Positions 49,866 through 63,379 of a DNA stretch of 64,000 bases are shown here, piece after piece. Position 1 is the stretch's first letter. Every line of letters begins with the position of its first letter. The stretch is from Harriotta raleighana (taxonomy: Eukaryota), in contig JBNZDD010013730.1 in NCBI GenBank assembly GCA_050575255.1, forward strand, positions 3,423,538 through 3,487,537. The letters run 5' to 3'. The notes beneath the pieces are model-generated. The model did no database searches. It saw nothing but the letters and a program-made list of their open reading frames with translations, and was not told the origin of the DNA. Position numbers and translations under genes: made by a program.

Positions 49866-52800
49866 TCTCTGGCGTAGTGGAGAGGAAATGCCACTTTACC
49901 CACTCGGTCATGAAGTTGTACTGAGGCAAAAAGTACTTTGATTACAATGTAGATAATTTGACTGCTGCAGTCTAACAGTAGATGGGTATCTATATTAAAC
50001 TACCCGCATACTAATAGGGGTGAGAGAAGGCATCTGGATGCAGCACAATGGTTACAATTAGAGTAATCCTTACATTTCTTCCTGTATTATTTAACCAAGA
50101 TGTGAAATTGTCACAGTGAGGGGATAGGGGCCAATAAATACTTAAAATCAGCTGGTAATGGCACCATATCCCTGTAAGGAATAGTGGGTGAGGTAGGAAA
50201 TTCTTTCAACATAATAACCAAGGTGCATAAAAACTTACCAAGAGCACAGGCTACCTATTGGGGGAGATTTTGCAGATTCCAGAGGAGTGAGCAGTGCAGT
50301 ATTTACTGATTCACTGGCTGGTGACGGATATAACATTTAACAAGCGCTCCAGGGCGCTACTCTACATGAATGGCACTATATAAATGCAAGTTGTTGTCAT
50401 TGTTATTTGGGCTATCTAAAAACCTAATTTGTTCAATTAAACTCTGCAAATATAATACAGAACAAGGAAAGCGATAAACAAGCAATATACTTTAATTTAT
50501 CTTTATCTTCTAAATTGACTAGGGATGCTGTTCTAATTTGTTTGCCAATAGATCATTTGTGTTCTCTTTTTTTTAAAAAAAAGGTAAGGTCTATAAAATC
50601 ACAAATAATAAGAACACAACATTTTCTAAATGCACTTGTGTGGCCAAATCTGTATCAATTTCCTCCTTTTGTCCATTTGTCTGTAGAAATTCCAGCTGTT
50701 AGCTTCACTCTCCTGATGTCAGATTTCTATCCAAATTGACTCAGACAACCAATTACTTAGAGCTAAAAATCAGGAATGGTGAAGGCCCACTTGATAACAG
50801 AAACATTCCTCCCACTAATTTAATTTGTTGCCCTTTTAAAAAAATATCTTAAACTTAGCTACTACATTCAATGTGTGCCCTTCGGTTTTAATCAGATATC
50901 TGCCTGGCCAATTATATCTGCCTTTTCTGATTCCACAAACAATCCTCAAGCTGCAGTACCTTATTTCTTATGTCTCCGTCATAATATGTAAACATTGATG
51001 TGCGCAGGCAGCCACAGTTACACTGTCTGTTTTGCAATGCATTTGAGTGGGCAGAAGGAGCCTTCAATGCATGCGTACTCAGATTTGTTCACATTGCACA
51101 GGTCACTGGTCTATAGTTGCAGCGAAAAGCCTTTAGTTGTGGCCAATTGTTTTCTAGTTTTCTTCTGCCCCTTCTCCTCCTCATCCTTTCTTCAGAGTGA
51201 TATTGACTCATCGTTCTCCTTTGGTCATTGGAAGCTCTTTGAGGTGGCAGGGAGTCTTCCCACTAAGCTCCTGTCGAACCTGCATGCCACAGCCTGATGG
51301 ATAGAAAGGTTCTAGGTGAACATGCTTGCGATAACAAGCTTTGGGGTCCTAGATGCTTAGACTCCAGCAGACCAAAACACACAGTGGGGCCACCAAACCT
51401 TGGCTCCAGCCAAGCTGCCCCTCATACTCTGTGGAATTAAGGAAGCAGAGAGCATCCAACAGGGAAGAGATTCCAGGCACAGGGAAATTTCCATGGAAAG
51501 AATGTGTAAATATTGTTGAACTTTCAGTTTAGCTTGGATAAACTCAAATATGGGGATACATTTCCACATATGTTAGATATTTGGCTGATCCCCCCAAAAA
51601 ATGTTCTCAATATGCAACTTGTTCATAAATAATATATTTTTAATATTTATTTCTCATTTTTTATCTAATGATTTCTTCCCCCTCAATTTCTTATTTAAAC
51701 ATTTTGCAAATGTGCAACATTGCACAAATGTTGCTCTAATTTTCGAGTATTTTAGCCACATGTTTTTCACTGAAGTCTATCCCTATTAAGTCATCATGGC
51801 GTCACTCGAACAAATTATAGCATTTGCTTCTCCCATTCCTTCTTCCCATTCCTTCTTAATTTAATTATCTATTCTCTTCTGCAGCAATTCAACATTAAAG
51901 TGTTGGTATTACTACTTTGTATCAAGTACACTTCAGTCCTATAACTACATAACAATTTACTTCTTTTTTTAGAACCCGCAGTTTGCATACTGTCTCTGCC
52001 ATTTACCGTAATAACTATCAGTCTCCTTTACAGCACCTTTAATGATTACAGTCTGTCATATTCACTTCAGCATTTGGTAAATATCAAACTGAATCATTTA
52101 CCTGATCCACTCAACATACTCCGCCACAAGTGCATCTAATTCAACAATTACTTATTTTGCAGTAGACATTCTTGATGCTACTTTGCTTAAAACCTTGTTA
52201 TCCGAGAGAGAGGCTGAGGAAGGTAAATCTATCCTTGCTGGAATAAAGGTTAAGGAGAGGCATAATCCAAGTTTGAAAAATAATGAACAGAATCAATGAA
52301 GTGATGTTGAGGTATTTTGTAGAGAAACAGTGAATGAGAGTCCGTTGACAGCTATTATAAGTACTGTAGAAAAATAAAAAATGGTTGGATCATATTTCGA
52401 GTGATTAAATCAGCTGGATAGCCTAGGTGACCTTTTCTCATTGTTACATCCATGTGTTAAAGCAGCAGCGAAATAAACTTCAGGAACAATTTCTTCATAT
52501 TTCTATTGACTTGTAGACTGCTTTCTTGTGCCAATCAGTTCTAAAGAGAATTGGATTAATTCGTGATGCAGCAGGGATTAGAGTAATATTAATTAGGACA
52601 AGAAAAAAACAGGGATCTAAAACAGAATCTGGATCAGGAGGTGAGCAGGATTTCTTGTTTCTATATTGCCGTGTACTTATATAGTCCCTGTGCAAACCTT
52701 TCGTCTCTTTATTCTGATTCCCTAAATATCAAACTTCTCTCTTAGCATCTCCGAATGTTTTAAATCTATCTGTTGTGTTTGTACTCTTAAATAATGCATT

Positions 52801-52999
52801 ATGATGCCTCTATTTTCAATAATTGGCTTTTTTTTCTTGCTGACCCTGAACAACCTTCCAAGACTCATCACTTTGCCTATTATATGAATGTCCATTCATC
52901 ATTGGAATAACATACTTAAAGATCACCATATAAATAAGCTTTGTCTTCTAAGCTTTTTCTCCTACCTTATTTTCCATAAAATAATCTACTTCATTTTGA

Positions 53000-53218
53000 A
53001 TACAGCAGTGGGTCGAGTGCTCGGAGACTACATCCTCTAGTTAAGGATCCACCATCCTAGTTGATTTTTTTCCTTCATAGTCTGGAGGCACTGAAGCTTA
53101 TTCTGCACACTTNTTATTCTGGTTAACAAAGTACAGATTGAGTATAGAACTTGTGACTTTCCAGGGTTTGTGTAGTTTGGTGAGAAGTGACATTATCAAC
53201 TTAGTCATTAGGGGAACC
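53000..53218 (-). mobile_element. Ancient SINE family B fragment
   Basis: cctagttgattttttcc...ggcactgaagcttattctgc...aacttagtcattagggga parallels 30800-30990 and 35445-35626. Confidence 0.4.
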
Positions 53219-54299
53219 TCAAACATTGTTTCTGAGATAGTGTATAGTGAAAATAATAATGCCACTTTAACACTACATTTAATGCAATTTTATTAAAATC
53301 CCGAGGTGTTTTAACACCAATCAAATGTAATAGTCCTAATGTTACATTACATTTGTAAGTGACTTATCCAAGATGACAGCAAGCCTCTATGTGGTTGCAC
53401 TGCAAGTCATGATTGCTGTGATCAATGTAACATGTAATAACATAATAAGAATTATGCCACACTTTAGTTGAATGTGGTATATGATTATTATGAGTTTCTT
53501 TATGATTATTATTGTCGACACAGTTTTGATAAAATGCTGTATTGTACATTTTTCAGTAGCTACCAGACACGAGACAAAATGGACATTATTATAATTGGCT
53601 CCTTTAAATTGAATACAAATAAGTTGGCAAACAAATTATTTATTAATCGGTTCTGAAAGCTGCTGAATTCCCTTCCCCAATTTCTCGCCAAATCTAACAT
53701 CTAACATTTAAAATGAGCTTATTAATAATTTTCACATAAGTCCTAATCATTACGCTTCCCTACTTACCAATAAATGATTTGTTCTGATTTAGTGGCAATG
53801 GAAAATGGCTCGTTAACTTGGGCTTCACTTTGTTGCAAGAGGTTTGTGGAGGGACAAATAGACTCTCTGCTGACGGAGACACCTCAGATCATGGCATTAT
53901 CTGGGTAAGGAAAGCCTTGAATAGTCATCGTGGGACTCAGAGGTGCCTTGTGGGAAGCTGCAATAAATGTGACTAGAACTTTCTTACTTAAATATTCTAT
54001 TCTTACTTTTATTTTGGTTGTTATCTGTAAAAGTTTAAATACTTTCTATTGCTTTACTGTATCTCCTTTATCTGCACATTCCAGTTATGTTCAAAGTGGA
54101 ACCAAAGACTATTTGGAATAGATTCAAAAGACTGGTTAGGGAACTAAATATCATGCCTGCAAACTATCCTCTTTGACTGTGCTTTACGGCCATCTTCTCA
54201 GCTACACCACCTCTCCCCCCAACCTCCCCCCACCCACCACCACCCTCACCCCACCCCCGAGCTCGGAGTCAGGCTCCGCCATTGTTATTGTATGCATGA

Positions 54300-54430
54300 A
54301 ATCATTAGAAAACATTAGAATACACAGCACAGAACCAGGCCGTTTGGCCCAACTGGTCTATGCCAGCGTTTATGCTCCACATGAGCCTCCTTCTGCTTCT
54401 CTACCAAGCCTACAAGCATAACCTTCTATG
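54300..54430 (-). mobile_element. CR1-type LINE 3' tail
   Basis: cattagaaaacattagaatacacagcacagaaccaggccgtttggcccaactggtc. Confidence 0.65.
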
Positions 54431-54431
54431 T

Positions 54432-54747
54432 GGAATCCTGTAGCTCAGTGGTTAGAGCACTCACCTTACAAGCGAGAGATTTGGGTTCAATTCCAGGTAG
54501 AGCAAAACTTTGGGCAAGTGTCCTTACTCCACATGCCTAATAATAATCCCTAAAAAAAAAAGTATCAATTGGGCATTTTCAATCCACCACTGTTTGTGGG
54601 ACACTGGTGTGAGCAATTGGCTTCCGTGTTCGCCCACAAATATGTATTCAACTCACTTTACAGTATATTCTGTGAAGACGTCTCTTTGAGACGTCTAGAA
54701 GACATGAAAAGCGCTATATCAAATGCAACTATTATTATTATTATTAT
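54432..54747 (+). mobile_element. Full-length tRNA-derived SINE (main family)
   Basis: A box tagctcagtgg, B box ggttcaattcc, body, and tail aaagcgctatatcaaatgcaa(tta)n. Confidence 0.92.
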
Positions 54748-55751
54748 AGTTTAGCTTGCTCCATAATTGGAGCAGACAAGTCAAATGCTTACATTAAAAT
54801 TGGATTAATATTTGAACTCTGATTCAGTCCAAGAGCTCTATGAAATAACATGTTGGAGGTACAGACAGCAGAGCACTACTGAAACAAGCTATCTTGTCAT
54901 CTATGCTCTAGGGATAAACCACGAGAGCAAAGCATGAACAGTTAATTGCTTGTTGAACTCTGATTATTTTCATTACAATCAGTTCCACCCATCCATTTTT
55001 GTTTGCAACATCTAACAGTTATTTGTAATATAGTATGCAGTATTTAAAACAGTTATTGCAATATTACATTTTTGGTGTTTTTGCAGAAATTCAAACTAGA
55101 ATAGATTACAAAGAAATAACACTGCCCTCATATATGCGTGTATATTGTAACAATTTGCTATATTAGCAGTTTGGGTAATCACAGGAAATCATTACTGTGC
55201 TCTTTAGTCATGCAAGTCAATTGACCTTCCTGAGTTTTTGCCGCAAACAAACTCCTATTCTGCCACTTCAGTTATTTTTCTGGTATCGGAAAGAAAAACT
55301 TTGTGTTGTTTCACACCAGGAAAATGCTCTTTTGAACCTACAGTTTACTCAGTTAATCTTTAAGAACTTTACAGTTGCATTTTCAGTAGGCATGTTCATT
55401 TGTCTTTAAAAGTATTTTAAACAAAGTTCTTGTATTTTTTTCTTTGTTGTTTTGGTTCTGGCCTCAATATTTCTTCCAAAGAACATTATTGTGTTGTTTG
55501 CAGATTCTCCTGCAGCTGATAGACCTACTATTAGTCTCCAGCTTGTCAGGTTTCACCCTTTAAATCCCATGTAGACTTCCCTGAGAGTGGGTGGAGAAAT
55601 TGATCTCAGTCCTCTTCACTGCCACGCAGAGCTGGTAAAGTGTTCTCAGTAATCCTTGCATTTGATATAGCTCACAAAACATATATCAAAGCAGGATTTA
55701 CTGTAGAGTATTGTGATTGTGTTTTTATAGATTTGGTACCAGCATCTACCA

Positions 55752-55990
55752 AATGAACGTAGGGACAGAAGTAGGCCATTCAGCCCGTCAAGCCCGTTTC
55801 GTCGTTTAATTAGATCATGGCTGTTCTGTATCTCTACTAATCCTTTCGATTCCAATTTCCCGCTTTCACCCCATAACCCTTAGTACCCTGACCTATCAAA
55901 AATTTATCAACCTCACTCTTGAAGGTGTGGATGGATCCAGCATCCACGACTTTTTGGTGGAGAGAATTCCAGATTTCAGGGCTAGAGAAG
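55752..55990 (-). mobile_element. CR1 LINE 3' end
   Basis: The ORF track shows IWNSLHQKVVDAGSIHTFKSEVDKFL (CR1 ORF2 C-terminal motif), followed by a CR1 3' UTR (gtaggccattcagcccgtcaagcc). Confidence 0.85.
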
Positions 55991-58205
55991 GCAAAGTTAT
56001 TTTGATTGTTGAGTCCAATTCTTCCTCTCCATCTGGATTGAATTAAGGCCATTTGTCTGTCTGGCCAATTGTATGGTAGCAAAATGTTGGATAATTGGGT
56101 TATGGAATGTATTTTTGTGTTGTTTATTATTTTGCTCATTTTATAGCCATTTCATAGGCTAACTGGAGAGGAATTTATTTTAAATCTCTGGAAAGCAAGT
56201 GATAATGTGTAACTAAACTGTTTCATCGAATCATTCAAGGCAAAATGCACTTCAGTATCAAATTAAAGGTTTTTGCCTCTGTGGTACTATTTTGGTCAAA
56301 TTCAATTGTGATATCGAGATTGAACAAAGAGAAATCATATTAGATTCTGAATCGTTGGACATTCTCATTCTTTGAATGCAGTTCAACTCAACATACGGTA
56401 TTCTCTAACTCCTGTCATTCAATTATTTGGCTGACCTGCAGCACTAGAAACTTATCATTTTTATGTATTTGGCTCATTGCATCTGCTCAGGTTCTTCGAC
56501 TGCCACCTCTACTGAAGAACTGAGATTCAACCCTAGAACAAAGCCTTATATGCAGCATGGCCTGGGGAAATCACATGATTGTTCCAAGGATGTAAAATTC
56601 TTAAAGGGACTGAAATTCATGCATTTAGACATTGGCCTATACATTTGCATGTGAAAGTTGGACTACATTTAGCAATTGAAGATGTAACTACAGTACATAA
56701 AAGTGTGTAGACATTAACACTGTGTTGTTAGAATTTTGTACTTAAAATAGCTGCTTTGATTAAAAAACATCAGAAAGTAGTAAAGAACATTCTTCTAATA
56801 AGCAAGAATAAAAGCTAGTCAATAATTTTGATTATTGTACAAAAGTAATAAACTATATTTAAATCTCAGATGAGACATATTGTAATTATGCCTTCTACAT
56901 TTTGTTTTTAATTAATTGGTGTGAATATAATAGAATTATAGTTTACATTTTAAACTCTGATAATTGGAGTCAGGAAAGAAAATATAGAACTTTTGTTTTG
57001 TTTACTTTAAAGCATTTTAAATGAACGGATCGGTCACTGAACTTATTAACAGAAGTGTGGGTGGAGGGGGCACCCACACGTTTTACTTGCAAAAGAACTG
57101 ACTGTCGGGCCTCAGCAGATTTATATCAATCCTATAATCATGCATTGTACTTTATTTTCATTTGTACAACATAAAGTCCTTTCTTCTGATTTCTTTGTAG
57201 AATGGTACGTAAGTTGATACCATTTGTTTTTTTGCATGTTATTATCTTCATCTGTGCTCATTTTAGTCATATATTATCCAGTAATGTGTTCTTTTCTGAG
57301 ACCGTTTTATGTAGTTGGTCCAAAAGTACAAGAAAATTCTTTAAAATACAAGGATCGAATATCGCCTGTGCAGTAAAAAAAAACTCGACATACAATGTCT
57401 ACTGTTTGAAATCAATTTATAGTCAAAATATTATTTTTCTAAACATTCTGTCTTTCCCGATAAATGCCAATATGTGTTAAAAGTAGAAAAGTAGCGGCCC
57501 TAATTCTGTGTTCAATGATATAATGATAAAACAATCATTCCAATTTTAACAAACCACAAAGGCATATTTTTCTGTGAGGCACTACAATTCACTGCTTTGA
57601 GCTTCTTAAGATCCTTTCTTCTGGTTTCACCTGTCAACCTGTCATATCTCAGTGGTTTCTCTTTATTCCCTTTCTCACAATAATCTTCTCAGCTGTTCTG
57701 TCCTTTAACGTTGTTAACTGTAGATTCCTCACATCTCTTGTCACTCCAGTGTACAATTTTGCCTCATCCTTTTAGAGTACAGAATATGCCAACCATTAAA
57801 CAGTATATTAAAGGCAAATATTTGCTGATCTATAAAGCAAAATTATTTGTTCAGCTATAAATTCTCTAATCCATTCAAAGCAAAACTTCAATTACCTTTT
57901 TTGTATAATAGAGCATTATTCTCTCACATCTTAAATTACAATTCTAGTTATTGTCTTACTTCCGAAAATAATCAGCAAAGGACTTTTAAAGATCGATTCA
58001 TCAGGGAATGGATGATTTTTTTTCACGAATGGATCTTAACCAAGTGGACAGAAATTTCCTGGCCCAATTTGTCACCGGTAAATACACTGCCAAACAGTTT
58101 CGAATTTTATTGGGACGAACTCTGACAGCAAATGAAATTTGAAAATGAAAAATTCTGCCCGTTCCTAATTTTAGTGACTTTGCTCAAATATGTCGATAGG
58201 GGTGA

Positions 58206-58310
58206 AACAATAAGAATAATCCTTGCATTTGATTTAGAGCTTTATCACATCTTCGAGATGTCTCAAAGCCCTTCACAGAATATACTGTAAAGGGGCAATA
58301 TTGTGGGCAA
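58206..58310 (-). mobile_element. SINE 3' fragment
   Basis: aataatccttgcatttgat...tctcaaagcccttcacagaatatactgtaaag. Confidence 0.85.
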
Positions 58311-58793
58311 TATTTAAAATGTGAACGACTAGCATCAATATACGGTTTTGCAGAACTACTGATATTCTGTTTCTGCAAATTTCTTCACTAAATGCAGACA
58401 ACAAGGCACAGGAATTTCGTGTTCGGGTCTTCTATAGGAAAGAAGGAATTTTGACAAGGAAGAAGCCATCAGATGTGTTTACATCATGTCTGACTTGCCA
58501 TTAGTCCCCTTGATGTTTTTATTGTTGCTTGGGATGATACTCAATCTGGTGAAGCACCCAGTCATGATTGACTGAGAATAAACATGGAAGATTAAACCCA
58601 GACGTATTCAATTAACAGAGAAACAACCCACCAATTTAATCTTGAATGGAGACCTACTTTGTGCACTTACCAATCGCACTTCAAACCCAGTGTCACAAGT
58701 ATCGAGGCATGAGGTCTAGTTTGGTTTTCACCATTTCCTCTAAGCTATTATTAAAGGCTTAGCTATTGTGTTACCATTGAACTGCTGATGCAG

Positions 58794-59323
58794 TAATAAT
58801 AATAATCTTTGCATTTGATATATAGCATTTTTCATGTCTCCTAGATATCTCAAAGTGCTTCACAAAAAGTACTGTAAAGTGAATTGACTGTATATTTGTG
58901 GGTGAAATGCAGAGCAGTCAATTACGCACAGCAGTGTCCCACAAACAGCCGTGGATTGTTTTGACCGAATTATTATTGGGTTGTTTTGAGGGATTATTCT
59001 CAGGCAATAATAATAATAATCCTTGCATTTGATATAGCGCTTTTCACAACTTCTAGACATCTCAAAAGCCCTGCACAGAATACACGATAAAGTGAATTGA
59101 CTATATTTTTTGTGCGCGAAACGGCGGCAGCCAATTGCGCAGAGCAGCGTCCCTGAAACAGTCGTGGATCGAAATGACCAATTTTATTATTGTGTTTTTT
59201 TTCGAGCGATTATTATCAGGTTTATGGAGTAAGGAAACTTGCCCAAGATTCCTCCTTGGCTGGAATCAAACCCGGGTCTCTCGCTAGCAAGGCGAGTTCT
59301 CTAACCGCTGAGCTAAGGGACTC
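58794..59323 (-). mobile_element. Head-to-tail SINE pair: headless copy (58794-59003) and full copy (59007-59323)
   Basis: Two successive tails and bodies, with a tRNA-like head only on the right-hand copy. Confidence 0.9.
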
Positions 59324-59379
59324 CAGTTATGGGCAGAATTGTTAAATGTTTCAGAAGAGCTATTTAGAAGCTTGATGTG

Positions 59380-59960
59380 TGGCGGCTTCAAAATCAACTT
59401 AATGCCACGGGTTGATTTTAATGTGCCAAAGCCAGGGAGGGAGCAGGACTAGAGGCAAATGAATTAACTGATTCATCTACTATTCTACAACATCAATTTG
59501 GTGACACACGCACGTCAACCTGTTGGCATAAATACAACTGCAATGAGGGAAGCACAATCATGGAGCCACTGTGTCGTTTCCATTGTCAACCAGCAAGTGA
59601 AATCAAAGCAAAACGTTGTTCAGTTCCCTTAACCCCACAAGGTATAGATGGCAATTAAATAGCAAGCAGTTGTTGAGGATATTTATTATTAGCGAGATAA
59701 GTAGTCGATGTTTCTGTGCCAAAATATAAGCAGCAGCTTTAAAGCCTGTCTGGCTACCAATGTAAATTGAATCACCTATTCTGAATGGCCCACATGGCAT
59801 TTTGTTAACATGCTGCAATAATTATTCATAAAGTATCAATTCGCTTTATGATGGAGCAAAACTGTATTTGGCAGCATTGAGTATGCAATCAGTGCTTTGG
59901 CACTTATACAAAAATATAAAATCACGTACCAGGTCTTATTAGAAAAGCAAGCAAACTGTA
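59380..59960. promoter_or_regulatory. Candidate conserved non-coding element
   Basis: Unique block with TGAATTAA, CATCAAT, CATTGT (Sox) and TTTATGA sites. Confidence 0.3.
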
Positions 59961-61493
59961 CAGCGCTAAAGCTTTGTTTGGAAGTCACTCCATATCACTC
60001 ATACACACATTACAAATTATCATGTGAAAAATGTCATCTTAAATAATTGTGTACTTTAATTATATGTGCAATTTGATCTTAGAACTGATCTCAACTGTTG
60101 CGTTTTCCTTTGTATTGAAGGAAACGATCTTGACACCTTGCTGATAATGTGTATCTTAAATTGGCTCTGCTGCTGTCTGAAATAAGTCTTATTGGAGAAT
60201 TTAATCATCCATAATACTTTGCTTCTACAACATGTCAAAGTAAACCTGGTTTACTTCAGTTTTGCATTTGTAATTGACTTTCATTTTGCTTCTTGTTAAA
60301 TGATTTACTTGCATTAGCAAAAAATGTCAATTTTTAAAATGGTTTTCAGAGTCCGATTCTACACCCATCAAAGAAAATAAAAAACACCACCTGTTTTGCT
60401 TACTTAAACCCCAAGTAGATATAGATGTCAGCAGATTTCGAATTGCACTCCAGAGATGACAGCAGCCTTTATAGACACTACAGTTCTTGGCAGCCATCAT
60501 TTTTCAGCCATTGTAACTATGTATTTCAGTTTAAACTTAAGAAAGTAATCATTTAAATTTTTAAGACGCTACAATACGGGAAAAGGATCCGTCCTTAGAA
60601 TTTTATTATCGTTCTTTAACTTAGTTTACATAGTGCCAGTGCCCTATCATTGCACGTACGACTGGATTTGCTTGACTGAATATATTCTTTCTTACATGTT
60701 TTATTCCAGGATATTTTTCGTCAAGCTGTAATGATTTGTGATACTTTGTATTTTGGTTGTGTTGTGGAAGATTAAAGTTTCTAGAAAATTTGAACCTCTC
60801 AGACTTCCACTGGGGAAAAAAGTCTACTGTCAGAACATGTACCTCTCCCTCGGTACACATTATTAGAGTCTTTTTAGAGACAAGCAGGCAATTTTGCTGT
60901 CATTGGACTCGTTTGAACAGAATATGTTTATCCTTGCAATACTCTTGAGGGAAGGTGTCAAAAACGGATCACCCATGTGCAGGTGACACAGCTGTTATAC
61001 AGTCAATGGAAGTCTTTTTTATGTTACTATTAAAACTGCTATTGCAGACATCTTCTTCCTTCAGAATGATTTATTACATAAACTAAAAGTTTATAGCTGT
61101 GACAAGACGTGGTCATTCTGTGCAGTTAGTGACATTGTAACATAAACTTTAAACAAATCCCTGTTTCTTCCTTCACTGACTGAACTACTTTATTTATGTA
61201 AGTACACATCATATTATAGGAAATGTCATTCATTATTTTTGTCTTTCCTTTACTTTACTTACGGAGATTATATGACTTTGCTGCGAAGGGAGGATGTTGG
61301 GGACATGGTGCCCTTAAAACAATTAAAGGTTGAGGTTAAAAATATTTCTGTCCGTAACGTGTTCTCCTAGTTTTACCTCAGTAGACATTATTGGTGTTTT
61401 AAACAGACAATTAGGCTACTGTGGAGCATTGTAGACAAGTAGGCCTTTTATTTCACACGTTTGTCCTATTATTCTAAAGAACTAAAGGTATAT

Positions 61494-61690
61494 GATGGGC
61501 TGAGTGGTGCAGTGAATTGGAACACTTTTTTTTCACCTTTGAGGCTGGTCAGCTTCAATTCAGCTGAGAAACATAAGACAAAACCCTCTTCTCCCTGCTG
61601 ACTGCTAAGGATCGTAAATGAAATTATTTTGAGCTGCTTTCTCCATTCTATTTAGGCACGGTCCCGGAGCAAAATGCAGAGCCTTTACTG
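61494..61690 (+). mobile_element. Highly diverged LF-SINE-like fragment
   Basis: tttcacctttgagg...cttcaattcagctgag...ctgctgactgctaaggatcgtaaatgaaat resembles the LF-SINE 5' region, recalled from memory. Confidence 0.35.
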
Positions 61691-61764
61691 ACCTTAAATA
61701 CAGGCAGTACTTTCTGACAGTATCATTCAGAAATATTTTAAGGAAAGGCAGTTAAAAAATAGAA

Positions 61765-62149
61765 ATAATAACAACAACAAAATTGTGTTTGTAAAGCGCC
61801 TTTCATGTTGGGAGGATGTTCCAATCACTATATAATAATAATAATAATCATCATAATAATCCTTACATTTGATATAGTGCTTTTCACATTTTCTAGTTGT
61901 CTGCGAGCATTTCATAGAATACACTGTAAAGTGAACTGAGTGTATATATGTGGGCAAAACGCAGCAACTAAATGCACACAGCATTGTCTCACAAACAGTC
62001 GTAGATTGAAATGACCAATTTTATTTTGGGGGAGGATTATTATTAGGCATGTGGAGTAAGGAAACTTGACAAAGCTTTCACCCCGCCTAGAATTGAACCC
62101 AGGTCTCTCACTTGTAAGGCAAGAGCTCTAACCACTGAGCTGCAAGGCT
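61765..62149 (-). mobile_element. L2 tail (61765-61830) abutting a full-length SINE (61833-62149)
   Basis: aaagcgcctttcatgttgggaggatgt, then (TAA)n, the SINE body, gaattgaacccagg and accactgagctgc. Confidence 0.88.
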
Positions 62150-62673
62150 TAGACACAATATTGTAGAGATAACTTAAGGTCGTTCACCATTGTACATGGT
62201 GCATGTTGTACACGTTGTAAGAACTGGGATTCCTCAGGATAAAACGGAAAAGGGATTACATTCTACAGCAGCTTCTACACATTCTACACATTCTTCACCT
62301 TGATAAACAAGAACATTTTGACCAGTAATAACACTTCTAAATGTCATAAAACTTTCAAAATGATACAATCGAAAAGTTTTCATATAACAGTTTCCCCCAA
62401 AGCTTGCCTGATTTATCACAATATCTTAAATTCACTGCATCAGGTGCTTGTTGGATGAGCATTACTCTCTGCCTAATCAAGCAAGAAAGGAACAACTCAT
62501 GTTGTTCAACTCATTAATCATCCTGGATTAATATTCAGGTAAATCTAGGTATCAGATACATATTACTCTGCAACATTTGAGAAATCTGTATGCAAAATGA
62601 AAATTGTTGGTATGCCAGTAACAAGAATGCCTGTTAGATACTAGGGAAATTGGATGCATGCAACACTGGACAC

Positions 62674-62923
62674 ATAATAATAACAACAATCCTTGCATTT
62701 GATATAGCGCTTTTGATATCTTATCGATGTCTCAAAGCGCTACACAGAATATACTGTAAAGTGAATTGACTGTATATTTGTTGGCGAAACGCGGCAGCCA
62801 ATTGAGCACAGCAGCGTCCCACAAACAGTCGTGGATTGAAATAACGAATTAATTTTTTTTTTTGGGGGGAGAGATTATTATTAGGTGTGTGGAGTAAGGA
62901 AATTTGCCCAAGGTTTCGCCCTG
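62674..62923 (-). mobile_element. SINE lacking most of its tRNA head (main family)
   Basis: Well-preserved tail and body up to ttgcccaaggtttcgccctg. Confidence 0.9.
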
Positions 62924-63379
62924 AGAGTATATACACAAACACACTGCCTGGGTATATACACATACACACGTCCAGGCAAATGGTCAGAAAGATGACCATT
63001 AGACCACAAGGGAATTGGTTGCATGAGCACAAATGATTCCGGCCATCAAATACATCAATCACTCTGAATTCCCAAAGAAACAGACACAACCTATTTCCAA
63101 AGTACACACGGACCATTTTAAACCCCACACACTTCTGGCTAAATTTTGCCCAAATATGTTGACTTTGCTGAATTGAATTTCAACTTCGTTCAATCTATGT
63201 CACGATAGCAAATTAAAAAAAAAACTTTTGAGACCGAGAATATTTCTACACGTTAACTTTAAATCCAGTATGCTTCTGCTGCTTCAGAATGTGCACCCTG
63301 AAAGTAGTCATACCCCACAAGAAATATAACACGCCTAACCCATCATGGTACTGGATTAAACTCGATTTTAACTCCAAAC

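Noticed and set aside
54432-54505. tRNA-like sequences (also at 42750-42823, 59255-59323 and 62085-62149)
   Set aside because: SINE heads continuous with the SINE body and tail; no complete cloverleaf or acceptor stem.
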